Part shown: positions 1 through 11,268 of the stretch, in pieces
How positions within the stretch are numbered: the first letter of the stretch is position 1
Layout: every line of letters begins with the position of its first letter
Notes under the pieces: generated by a model
Seen by the model: only the letters and a program-made list of their open reading frames with translations
The model's database searches: none
Told to the model about the DNA's origin: nothing
Assembly: GCA_001938485.1 (NCBI GenBank)
Contig: MQRK01240227.1
Span: 37,959 to 99,595, forward strand
DNA length: 61,637 nucleotides
Direction: 5' to 3'
From: Girardia tigrina
Taxonomy: Eukaryota
Program-made: the position numbers and the translations under genes

Positions 1-298
1 CAGTATCATTGAAAAGCGGTTTATGGGCCGAGCAGATGAACGTATGATGGGAGACTTTTGCTGGCTACTTGAAATATGATGTAATTTATATGAAACTCTC
101 TGTATCAAACTTGATGTTACAGTTTACGTTGGGTCACTTGAGGAATACATTTACAGAAAACAATATTAGGCTTTATCTCTGAAACTGGACGTGATAGAAA
201 AAAACGGTAAACAGTTCTGAAATCAGCGTGAAAAACTGAGTAGGATACGACTCAAACAGTCTCAGAAAAATTTTGAATTGAAAAAATGTAGAATAGTG
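1..298 (+). mobile_element. 3' end of a CMC/Chapaev3-like DNA transposon (transposase C-terminus plus right terminus)
   Basis: Translates SIIEKRFMGRADERMMGDFCWLLEI*, resembling the Chapaev3 C-terminal motif (ME.RYQGRW...MMADYCW.L); ends aaaaatgtagaatagtg, like Chapaev3 ...AGTG termini. Confidence 0.7.
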
Positions 299-372
299 TT
301 ATTATGGCACTCAAAACTAATTTTTTATATATATAATGAAACTTAGTAAAATCTATTTTAAAATATTTCCTC

Positions 373-420
373 TGTGAGGAATATTTTAAATTCTTTGAAT
401 GTGTAAATGTATTGATGATA
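373..420 (+). repeat. 5' fragment of LTR family B
   Basis: tgtgaggaatattttaaattctttgaatgtgtaaatgtattgatg matches the starts of the copies at 42785 and 24061. Confidence 0.8.
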
Positions 421-430
421 TATCAAGCCA

Positions 431-580
431 TATTGGGTTCGAGAGTATAATCCAAAGACATTATTCACTAACTTTATTTCTAACATATAAGACATTTTAC
501 AAACAAATTTTTTTGAGGAACACTATTTTCAAATTTTCATAAACCAGATTTTTAAAATTCTAGATATAAATATGAATATA
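431..580 (-). repeat. 3' part of LTR family A
   Basis: Homologous to 9993-10140 and 40600-40762; on the minus strand ends ...gaacccaata and is followed by tgg. Confidence 0.7.
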
Positions 581-860
581 TAGGCGGTGCGAGAGCGAGC
601 GCAGCATTGTGGCCGCGGCGGGTTGGCGCTGGGGGGTGGAATGCGAGACGCGGGGGGTTTAAATATCGAAGCTCACTGGTGCGTTCATCGAGCACGCCAT
701 TGAGGACATCGGGTTTGACATCTCTAATTATTTGGTTTACGCCAGATACTTGATGAATTAAGTCGATCGATTCACCGAGTCTTTCGAACACTTGTATAGG
801 TTTTCCGGACGATGGCGACTTGCGAATGAAGTCGCCGATTCCCATCTCCAACATATCACT

Positions 861-953
861 CGCCGTTTCGAAATTAAATGAACGAACAGTGCATGCGTCG
901 TCCTTTGTGATCCAATACCACGATGAAACGGTGGTCCATTTGTTGGTTTTAAC
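861..953 (-). pseudogene. ANAPC11: N-terminal fragment of APC11 (RING-H2 subunit of APC/C) fused in frame to the MOCS3 fragment
   Basis: VKTNKWTTVSSWYWITKDDACTVRSFNFETA resembles the APC11 N-terminus (VKIKxWxxVAxWxWxxxDDxCxICRxxFE); the second Cys is lost. Confidence 0.7.
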
Positions 954-1562
954 TGGACCAAAGACGCCCCCGTCACTGCAGTTAGTGACTGTATTTGCGG
1001 GTGGAGGAACAGGGNNNNNNNNNNNNNNNNNNNNNNNNNNNNNNNNNNNNNNNNNNNNNNNNNNAGGAACAGGGAATATGCATCTGTAAAAGGGACCGTT
1101 GTTATAGTTGTATACTGTCAGTTGACCTTCGAATCTGAGGGCGCTGGCGCTAACGAGCGGCTTGTCGAGAATGACATAACAATAATTGATCAGATATCGC
1201 GTCACGACATTATCTGTGCAGTCCAACATGACATCATACTTTTTCATAATATCGATGGCCTTATTTCTCTTCAAGTCACGAGAAAGAGAATCCACCTTGC
1301 TATTTCCAATTTCCGACTCCNNNNNNNNNNNNNNNNNNNNNNNNNNNNNNNNNNNNNNNNNNNNNNNNNNNNNNNNNNNNNNNNNNNNNNNNNNNNNNNN
1401 NNNNNNNNNNNNNNNNNNNNNNNNNNNNNNNNNNNNNNNNNNNNNNNNNNNNNNNNNNNNNNNNNNNNNNNNNNNNNNNNNNNNNNNNNNNNNNNNNNNN
1501 NNNNNNNNNNNNNNNNNNNATCGATTAATCTCATTTTTCTCCAAATCACATGTATCAAACAT
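951..1562 (-). pseudogene. MOCS3: Truncated MOCS3/UBA4 adenylyltransferase (ThiF/MoeB domain); rhodanese half absent
   Basis: LEKNEINR start, [59 protein letters not shown]. First Cys of the CxxC is F, and about 16 aa appear deleted after SRDLKR. Partly in N-gaps. Confidence 0.85.
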
Positions 1563-1787
1563 TTTTTAAAAGAAAATGGCCGCTTTTCACATAAAATTCA
1601 ATAGATCAAAAAAAATCCCTTTCTCTGCCAAAATTTATTTACTTTCAATGATACCACAATAATGGCGACAATTCAAATCTTTTTCGCGCCGAATAAAAAA
1701 AAATAATTCATTTAAACAAAAATCGAATCATTGTTCGAAAGTTAAAATCAAAATCATTTTTGATAAAAAAAATTCGAGTCTTTCCCC

Positions 1788-1866
1788 GATTGGCCAATCT
1801 ATTTTTAGATCGGCCAATCGTGGGTGGTCTATTTATAGACTCGCACATTTCGATTTATATCAGTTC
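1788..1866. promoter_or_regulatory. Candidate bidirectional promoter: two CCAAT boxes, TATA-like element and Inr-like element
   Basis: gattggccaatc (about 1788) and cggccaatc (about 1811); TATTTATAG at 1830; TCAGTT at 1860. It lies between the MOCS3 ATG (1562, minus strand) and an ATG at 1920 (plus strand). Confidence 0.5.
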
Positions 1867-1980
1867 GATGAGTTGAGAATTGAGATTTTGAAAGCAACGA
1901 AATAGTAGTAAATGTTGAAATGGAGACNNNNNNNNNNNNNNNGCGTTCACATATTGTACGAGACATACATCGGATCGAGT

Positions 1981-2508
1981 TTATTCTGTACGTCGAACGA
2001 ATCCCAAATATCCGGTACGCGCATAAACACCTTCTATATCGCCTGTTGCAAGTTTCATTGACAATTGTTTCTTTGCTTCTCCATTATCGTTCGGAATTAT
2101 AAGATCAGAAGAATTGAAAGGCGATCTGACCCATATTTCTCCCAGATGGGAATCCACACGTTGACCCATTGTTTCAGGATGAGCGATTGCAATGCGAACT
2201 CCAGGCAATAGTTTACCAGATTCAAGTAAACAAAGACTGTGTGGACTGCCTTTTTCCAAAAGTTTAACTTTGTCGTTGTGTAAAGAGACTTGATCCACAT
2301 ACACATTACTTGTATCAGGACTACTTGCACCTTGTAGACAAATGGCAACATTCACCCGACAACCGAATGAGGTACTCACAGCGCGAGCATTCAATCCCAA
2401 TACAGAAAATAACTTACAGAAGTTATTGGTAGATAAAACTCGTGGTCTTTCCTCGGCAACAACAACGAGAGAGCGCCATCAATTTAAGGATACGCCCCGT
2501 TGTTGAAG
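1981..2508 (-). pseudogene. DIP2: Internal fragment of DIP2 (disco-interacting protein 2, second acyl-AMP-ligase-like domain)
   Basis: LQQRGVSLN*WRSLVVVAEERPRV...LGLNARAVSTSFGCRVNVAICLQG...ESGKLLPGV...DSHLGEIWV...ARTGYLGFVRRTE*. In-frame stops, and no N- or C-terminus. Confidence 0.9.
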
Positions 2509-3599
2509 GAGAAAATTCTGAATTGGTTTTACTGTTACCATCTGATTCGGTCATAGATTCGACTTTCTCGTGTTTTATAGAAAATTTTGGTTCCAATTTT
2601 TCACTCCGTTCGTCCCTCGATACCGAGCCTCATTTTACAATCAAACATATATATTAATGATATACAAATGATTTTATTTTAAAAAATGTTACAAGATATA
2701 TCAAAATCTTCTTTACAATTTTCTTTTACTCCGAAACAGATATTTTAATTGTGATTTTTTTAAACCTAATTTTTAATAAACAAGTTGTTTCAATTTAATT
2801 AGTAAAATATTATCTATACACTATAATTTTTTATAAAAACTTATTTCATTTTAATTAGTAAAATATTACCTGCTGGATTAAAATAAAAATATTCTGCTGG
2901 ACCCTATCGTCTTTTATTTCGTTGAATTTAGAGCAAATTCCACTTCTGGTAATATATCTGCCCCCATTATAGCATTTCTTCCTTTCAAACTTGCCTGTAT
3001 GAATTCTCATATTGTCCGAAACTGCCTTTCAATTATCCTATTCGTGTTATGGTGATATGGACTGGAGAAAATAAATTCGATACATTTTGCTTCTAATATT
3101 TCTTTTACTTTTTCGCTTCGAAACACTTCCTGCTGTCTACATGGATCTCTTTTGGTGCTCCAAATTTTAGTATCCATTTCTGTAATATCATAAGTACTAT
3201 TGTCTCTTCATCTTGTCTTTTAATTGTTGTCAAGCTCACGTATTTACTGAAATGGTCTATTATTCCCAAGATATATCTTTCTTTTCTTACTGCCTCATTC
3301 CATGGACCGCAGATTTCTATATAAACTTTCTCAAATATTTCTGACGTTGTTATTTTTATGTTTTCCTCCTTTGTCTTTGTGGTTATTGTCTTTGTTCGTT
3401 GACACTCCATGCATGATCCTACCACTTCTTTAACGTTTCCTTTTCTTCTTCCATGTCAAACTTGTCCCTCAGATATTCGTATACTTTTTCGGCTCCTGCA
3501 CGGCACAATAATCTATGTGTTTGTATGATAAGATCGCTCCTTTTTTCTTTCGGTATCCATTATTTCATACCTGCTCTGGCTTGACTATTCGTAGTCATT

Positions 3600-5280
3600 T
3601 GTTGCGATAGAACTTAAAATCTATAAAATTTAAAATGCAAATTAAAACAAAATAATCAGAGCGACCATAAAATACAAAAAAATCACATAAAAACATAAAA
3701 ATAATAATAAACAAATAACAGAAAGTGCCAAAACATACATAAAACAAACATAAAAAAATTTGTATACCACTCTTTTTCGAAATATTGAAGGAATTGATTA
3801 ATTGTATTATCCTTTAGATCATTCCACTTTTTCTTAAACAACTGCAATCATTTGTCGCATATCTCTTTAGTTTTGGATAGCTGTAAAATAGAGCTATCGT
3901 AACGCAACCGAGCTTTATTGTCTTTGTCGATCGCTTTGAATGGTGGTTTTGATTGTGAGTCTGATCCCGCGTACACATTTTTCATGTGGCACCAACACAT
4001 TACTCCTTTTTTAGGGAATTTTCACCAAATGCTGATTTGAATCCAATTGTCATTGCGTCTGCGGCATCTGCTATTAATGTGTCAGGTTCATAATAAAAAT
4101 TGTCAAATTGTTTGGCACATGATTAATTGATTTGAATATGAATTCGAAATCTTGGTTGCGTTCATTTGTGCAAATTGATATACCGAAGGGATGAAAGCTT
4201 TTCTTTTTATCTGTTGTTCCAACCATTAACACTGGATATCCTTGATAAATCAGTTTGTATGTTGTATCGGCACAAAGGTGTTTTGATTTTTGGCATAATG
4301 AGGTCAATCATCTTGTTGTTATCCAGATATTAAATTTGGGTTCCATTTTACTTGTTGATGGGTTCACTTCACTACCACATTGATGCCTTACGTAAATATG
4401 ATCTAAACATTGGTTGTCTGGGATTTGGCTTCTCGCACTGCACCATTCATCTAATTCTGCTAAATTAATGCATGTTTTGGATCCATTTTTTTTCTTGATT
4501 GTCTGGGTGAAGTTGCGTATTTGAATCCAATTAGGCAGCAGTCTATTAGGAAATTTATTTTCCAGTTTTTCTTTTATTTGAGCTGGCTTTTGAAAGTCCA
4601 CAAATATGGCCTCAATCGCTTCTTTTATCTCATGCGGTATTCCACGATTCTTTAGCTTCACATGCCCATTGTGGTTTGTCTCTGACACGCCTTCTTTGTC
4701 GTGGTGAAAAATCATGAACATTTTGGCTGGGCATCCATAAGAAGCTTTGAATTTACATTTGTAGAATTACTTCATTCCTTCAGTTTGGCAATCCCCGAGA
4801 TCTGATTTCACTCATAAATTGTATTGCATTGCATAGTCTTTAGCATAGTCTTTATCACTAAATGTTTTTATCTTTTCGTACGTTGTATATTTTCTACGCT
4901 TATTGTTGGATCTTGTCATATTTTTATCTACTTGCTGAGATGTTTTTGGTTGTTTTGGGATTTCGGTGAATTCTTCACTGGAATCATCGTGATCTGGTAA
5001 TTTTAAATTTTTTAAGTTCATGGCTTTTTGATTAAAATTCTATTTAAAAATATTAGTAATACAATTTATTTTACCTTTTATAATTTAAAATTTAAATTTA
5101 AACTTTAATTTTAAAATTTAAAACAAAAACATTTATCTTCAGTTTTAATTTATTTATCTGCTGGTATAATTCAAAAAAATATCTTCTACTTTAATTCATT
5201 TATATTTTAGAATAATTTGTTTATTTTCTAGAATAATATATTTATCTTCTAAAATAATTTATATATATATATATATACTC
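3600..5280 (-). mobile_element. MULE/Mutator transposase pseudogene
   Basis: ORF pieces 4812-5021, 4308-4721 and 4074-4307: LCADTTYKL..GYPVLMVGTTD..SFHPFG, then ADAADAMTIGF and MCWCHM. Outer boundaries approximate. Confidence 0.85.
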
Positions 5281-5439
5281 ACACACACTGACTTCGTTAA
5301 AGATTTTTGGTCCTATTAAATAGCGTTTCCATATAGTTTATTGTTTAACAAGAATGAAGAGAGGCTGGACATTTAAATTACAGTGCATTCTACAGAAACT
5401 GTAAGGAATAAAGAAATTAATAAAAATAAGAAGAACTAA

Positions 5440-5880
5440 GTTTATATTAAAAAGTCCAGTCGTCGTTGGTATTGCCCAAATTCTTCCTGACTGGAACGTC
5501 CCAGTGCATTTAACAGCATCACCCTACGACTTAGTCGGTTGTTATTCCTGATACTTCTCGTATTTGTTTTAATTTCGGTCAGAACGAAAAATGTTCTTTC
5601 TTGTGCAACAGTTATCACTGAAAGAGTGAGGAAAATTTATAGAAGTTTTTAAATATTTAGAAAATAGTGGATATCACATTGACAAAATGCTTTCATCGCT
5701 GTCGCTGGATGATCTTTGAGAAGACACTAAATCTACTTTTCCGAGTAAATGCAAAACTCCGATGACAATTGCCGCTTATCGACAAAGGTTTCATGTAATT
5801 GGCCAAGCTTTTCAAAGTTGATATCGGTAACTTTATTGCAGGGGAAATGAATAAGAGTTTCAAATATTGAAAATATCTTC
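5440..5880 (-). mobile_element. hAT transposase C-terminal dimerisation-domain remnant
   Basis: Minus strand reads LTLSVITVAQERTFFVLTEIKTNTRS...RL...RRLDFLI*, a degenerate hATC motif (A/S-ERSFS.L..IKT..RS). Confidence 0.6.
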
Positions 5881-7836
5881 TCGTGATTAACGGGCCATTA
5901 ACCTGATTCTTTGATTTTTTGAAACACATTCTTTATTCTTTGTAGATGTTTTTTCTTATCTTTAGAAAATATCAAGATATCGTCTAGGTATACGACTGCT
6001 TCCTTCCAGTTCAATTCCCCAAGAATTTTTACCATTAGTTCTTGAAAGGTGGCCGGAGCGGCTGCTATTCCGAAAAGCATTCTTTTAAAACAATATTGAC
6101 CATTCTTTTGTCGAGAATGCCGTTTTAATCTTTGATTCTTCATCAAGTTCAACTTGACAGTATGCGTTTCCCAAGTTAATTGTAGTGAAATACTTTGCAC
6201 CATTCAATGTGTTCAACATATCATCCACATTTGGCATAGGGAATGCTGGTCTGAGAGTAACTTTATTTAATTGTCGAAAATCCATGAACTTTCGTATTTC
6301 TTGTTTCTCTTTCTACCAGACGCATACCAATGGAAAGTTCCATGGCGAATTACATTTTTCGATTATATCATTTTCTTCAAAATTTTTAATAACTTCGTCT
6401 AATTTTTCATCAAAATGCCTTGGCTGTCTATACGGCTTTACTAACACCGGTTCACCATTAGTTTCAATTTTGTGTTTCGTCAACGATGTTTTCCCAATAT
6501 CCCATTTATCTGACATGAATATCGACTTAAACTCTTTTATCATGTTCATCTACTGATCATCGACCTTACCTCCGTATAGGTCCGTTATCCTTCTCAATCT
6601 CTCTTGATCTGATGGACTATCCCTTATCATAAATACATCACTATTTTGTATTGATTTCCTTCACATTCTTCTTTCCAACAATCTAATTTACAAACTTCGA
6701 GGGGGTTATTTCCAGTCATACAATTACATATACAATCACACACACATTCGCATACACAATCACACACACACACACACCATCATACTTATTTTTGTCACTT
6801 AGTGAAGCACATTGACCTCTCCTTGTGATCGTGCCTCCTCGTTTCCCTGATCCTTTTCATACCTTTGTCTCTTATCTGGGAAGACCCTTTTAGTTAACTT
6901 TCATTGATTTGATCTAGTCTCTTCGTATTCGCTGTGGTCATTGCATTCATCAATTTCCGCAACTGGGAATTGACGATTTTGAGGTCTATTATGGTATCCT
7001 GTATTATTTTTTTCTTCCAATCACTGTTTCTACTGTACTGTTCTCTTTCCTTAAATCTATTCTTGTTGAGATAACATTGAGTTCTATAATGGCCATTTCT
7101 GTTGCAGTGAGTACACTTCACATTTGGGCAATCTCTTCTTATGTGGTCTTCTTCTTGACATGCATATCATTTTATGGTTCTGTAATAATTGTTTTTCGGT
7201 TTGAATCCATTTTTTGCTTGGTTTCTATCGTTGTGTTCGTAATGTCTATGCGGGATTCTTTCGTTGTGTACAGCTTTGCGTCTAGTTAGGGTTTTCCAAT
7301 TTTTTACCGTTTATTTACCGTCGTATATGCTGCCACTGTTTCCTCACTTTCTATTTTACGTAGTTCGTACATATTGGTAACTACGCTTTTTATATCTTTG
7401 GTTTCAGTTGTTCCTCTCAGTTTTAATTCTTTTTGATTTCATAACTGTCAACCATATTTAAACAGGCAAGGTTGAGTAGTTCTTTTTTAGATAATTTTTC
7501 TTTTCTTAATATATTCACAAGTTCTTCTGCTTTTTTGTATGTTTCTTCTGGGTTTGAGGATCCCAACCGTAAGTCTACCAACTCCTTCATTGTATCCAGA
7601 ATGGATTTTTCTTTAGTAAATGCAGCCTTCAATTTTTCTTTGTAATTTTTACCGTCCATCTCTGAGTATTTTTTTTATTTCCGACAGTGTCATAAACACA
7701 GTCACCATCACTATTTTCCTCTCTTTTGCTTTACCCATAATGTCGGCATAGCGTTCGAAATTATCAATGAAATCTTCAAATCCGATTCTCATCCATTGAA
7801 TATTTCACATCCCATGATGTTCGTTGTCACATGAGC

Positions 7837-7847
7837 CGTGGTCGCCA
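7837..7847 (-). promoter_or_regulatory. Primer-binding site TGGCGACCACG
   Basis: Directly abuts the LTR end; complementary to a tRNA 3' end ...CGUGGUCGCCA (recalled as tRNA-Arg(UCG) type). Confidence 0.75.
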
Positions 7848-8395
7848 TATTAACAGTATCACAATTTGAATGCAAACATTTTTTTGACAACATAAACAGT
7901 TTCTTCACAACAATTTTCAGAGATCATCTTTCTTTGATTGATATAGTTTTTGTTCATATATTCAAATCTAAAAAAACAATGAAAGTTTAATAATAAATTT
8001 TAATTTCTCATAATTTTATTGGATAAAAGTCATTACGTTAAATTTTTTAAATAAACATTAATTTTTAAAATATATTGCATTTAATAAGTTAAAATCGTTT
8101 ACTGAAAATATTATTAAAATTCATAATTATCAAACTTTAAAAACTTTTTTTAAATAAACATTAATTTTTAAAATATATTGCATTTAATAAGTTAAAATCG
8201 TTTACTGAAAATATTATTAAAATTCATAATTATCAAACTTTAATTAATTAGTACTTCAAATTAATATCATTAATTTAATTTCATTAGATTCAAATAATCA
8301 ATCAATAAACATATCAATCCCATCTGAGTAGGAGAGTCACTAATCTAAACAGCATACAGACAACAAACTTACAACATTCCAAATTATCCCTCACA
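7848..8395 (-). repeat. 5' LTR of the Gypsy element (related to family B), TG...TA termini, with an internal tandem duplication of about 100 bp
   Basis: Minus strand starts tgtgagggataatttggaatg, contains ctcctactcagatgg as in family B copies, and ends gttaata before the PBS. The block at about 8042-8140 is repeated at about 8145-8243. Confidence 0.8.
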
Positions 8396-9625
8396 CATCT
8401 ATTTTTTTATGACTACCAGAATCGGATCTAAAGATTGTTTTAGATTGGGTCGATTCATCTTGAATATTAAACGTTAATTAACCAATTTCGACCCACTATT
8501 CCATTTGGTTGTTGCAAAAGTAATGCAGGTTTTTTAACCTAAACTTTAAATAAATGTAACTCAGCACAGAATAAACTTTATTAATCGAAATAAAAACTAT
8601 CAAAATCAATAAAATTTTGTCAACAAGAAACAAGTTTATTGATGCCCTTAGTGTAGAACTCCTGAGTTCTGGATGCGATGAAAGCGTTAAAGGTGTCTTT
8701 GGTGTCGTCTTGGTTTTTAAAGCACTTTTCATGGAGGAAGTTGTCCAGATGCTTGAAAAATGGTAGTCGGTGGGCGAGAGGTCCGGTGAGTAGGGCGGAG
8801 GAGGCAGAGTTACGTAGCTAGATTCGTTTAGCTTTTGTAGGGTCAGTTTTGCGATGTTTAGATGAGCGTTGTCGTGGAGGAGAATAGGCCCCTTCATATT
8901 GACCAATCTCGAGTACATACGTTGGAGCTCGAGCTGTGTTTTGTCAATTTGTTATCAGTATTTCTCTGCGGTGATCGTTTCACCCGTATTCAGAAAGCTG
9001 TGTTGAATGAGACCGACTGCAGACCACCAAACAGTCACTATAATCTTCTTTTGGTGAAGTTTCGGTTTTGGAAAGTGTCGAGGAGCCTCATCGCGGTCCA
9101 ACCATTGTGCCGAACGTCGCCGATTGTCGTAGAAAATCCACTTCTCATCACGCGTCACAATCCGATCGAGAAACGGGTCATTCTTGTTGCTCAGAAGAAG
9201 AGTGGAAAACACCTCAAAACGAAGATTTTTTTGAATTTCGTTTAATTCGCGAGGCACCCATTTATCGAGCTTTTTCGATTTTCCAATTTGCTTCAAGTGC
9301 CGATTGACATTTGAGGGATCAATATTAAGCTCTTCCTGCGGGTGCTCGAACAGTTGTGCGTGGATCGGCTTCCACCAGCTCTTTCAATTCATCGTTGTCA
9401 ATCGTCGATGGGCGGCTGCCATGAGGCTCATCTTCCAGGCTGATATTGCTAGAGCAAAATTTTTGATACCAGCACTGCACTGTGTCTTCGTTAACACTTC
9501 CCTTGTTCGAAACTTCGTTGATGTTTCGAGCGATTTGAGCAGCACAACACCCTAGCTTGAACTCGTAGAAGTAAATGTTGCGAAAATCACGTTTAGACAA
9601 GTGCAATTAAAATCGAAATTATTAA

Positions 9626-9967
9626 CCCTTCGTAACATGGTGTGACATTTCTGTAACAAACCGTTGTAACTCTTACAGGATCTCTAACTATTAACATATC
9701 ACACTAACATAACAAATCACTATTGCATATCTGTTACACACCGATCTATACAATATCGGTGATTTATTAGTATCTACAGGTGACGTTTGTGGTAGGATGA
9801 TGAATTCGACAGTTCTCTCTATTACATTGTGTGGAGGTGCGCGCATGCAAATTTCTTTTGAAAAATAAAAATATTTGTGCTATTGATATTGTTGATATTT
9901 TTTAAAAAACGCAAAGGTAAATTGATTATTTTGGATTTTATTTATTATTATTTTGAGTTACGAAGGG
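9626..9967. mobile_element. Non-autonomous piggyBac-type MITE
   Basis: Perfect 11-bp TIR cccttcgtaac/gttacgaaggg flanked by TTAA on both sides. Confidence 0.9.
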
Positions 9968-9992
9968 TTAACAAAAGAAACATTATAATAAG

Positions 9993-10749
9993 TATTGGAT
10001 TCTTGCTCACAAGACATTATAACGAACACCAAAATTTATTTCTATAACAATTAGAATTTTTTAAACAAATATTCTTTGAGGAACTTTTGTATTTTCGTTT
10101 TTTACACAACCAATATAAATAGAAATATGTATAAATAAAAATATGATTTGTATATATTTTACAAATTAAAAATTTATATTTTCTTTAATAAAAATTATAG
10201 TAAATTAAAATTTTGTCACAAAAATTTTATTGCGTCTCTTATTAATTTTTCAATTTTATAGTACATTTAAATTTAACTATTTTTTAATTACATTTCCAAA
10301 AAAAATAAAATCTCATTTTTTATTTAAGTCAATTTAAGGGTTTTCAATTACTTTTAATTCCAATTTTTTTTTAATTTACAATAAAAAATTATAATTACAT
10401 TTTCCAAAAATTATAACCACATTTTTAATTTACTTTGATTTAAAAGTTGCAAAAATTAGTTTAGTTTNNNNNNNNNNNNNNNNNNNNNNNNNNNNNNNNN
10501 NNNNNNNNNNNNNNNNNNNNNNNNNNNNNNNNNNNNNNNNNNNNNNNNNNNNNNNNNNNNNNNNNNNNNNNNNNNNNNNNNNNNNNNNNNNNNNNNNNNN
10601 NNNNNNNNNNNNNNNNNNNNNNNNNNNNNNNNNNNTTAAATTTCTGAAAATCTATTTTAACATATTTATAACAATATTTTATGGAATGTAATTGTTTATC
10701 TAATAATTTCATAACATTCAAAAATTTTATTTTATGAACGTTCCCAACA
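9993..10749 (-). mobile_element. Solo LTR, family A
   Basis: Ends tattgg...cccaaca with an exact 5-bp TSD ATAAG; homologous to 39830-40762. Confidence 0.85.
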
Positions 10750-10858
10750 ATAAGTTTTAGACTAATATATCTCAAAGAGTATAATTAAGCTTTCGAATGA
10801 CTCATAACATGATACATGCTTTAGTCGTACAACATTGCGGTAAATACAAATTAGTAAA

Positions 10859-11268
10859 TACCAAAAAAATTTTTGGTGTACAAGCTTTTATAATTTGTCA
10901 TATGTTTGCGGTTCTGTATCTATTTCACCCACTTCCAACATTTTTAGACTGAATTATCAAAGCCTACTAGGCGAAAACTCGCTTTCTATTTGCATTTAGA
11001 TGTAGCAAATTTCAAAGCCTACTACTGAGGAAAACATGAGAACGACACTTTAATTACTTTTTGCGGCCAAACTAAAGGCGGTAGATGAGCAGTGACAGTG
11101 AAAAAGTGTATTGTCACCTAGAATACATCAGTCCTGAAAGTTTCATGTCGCTAGGTGAACGGGATATGGGTGAATTTTCGATCGCAAGATTTGATACATC
11201 CAGACAGACAAACAATTTGATGCATCCAGACAGAAAAACAAATGAAACGTAATAACAGCTTGTAAAAA
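10859..11268 (-). mobile_element. DINE-1/HINE-like non-autonomous Helentron
   Basis: Sub-terminal inverted repeat tacaagct/agcttgta, 3' hairpin accaaaaa...ttttggt, a GTCT-type microsatellite, and insertion in a T-run. Confidence 0.7.

Larger units (their letters stand above)
2890..8395 (-). mobile_element. Decayed Gypsy/Ty3 LTR retrotransposon (5' LTR, PBS, gag, RT, integrase), interrupted by hAT and MULE pieces; 3' LTR not found
   Basis: gag zinc knuckle CTHCNRNGHYRTQC (about 7080-7120); RT motifs SPWNFPLVCV, DFRQLNKVT, FGIAAAPATFQ, YLDD (5900-6550); integrase GIIDHFSKY, FGAPKEIHVD, SPYHHNTN (2950-3560). Confidence 0.92.

Noticed and set aside
1005-1074. Apparent duplication of aggaacaggg (PVP...PVP) around a 50-N gap
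   Set aside because: The same sequence on both sides of a fixed-size gap indicates overlapping contig ends, an assembly artefact.
1981-2508. In-frame stops in DIP2 and GRASP as a sign of an alternative genetic code
   Set aside because: Stops are of mixed type and accompanied by frameshifts and truncation, while the ECT2L exons read cleanly in the standard code.
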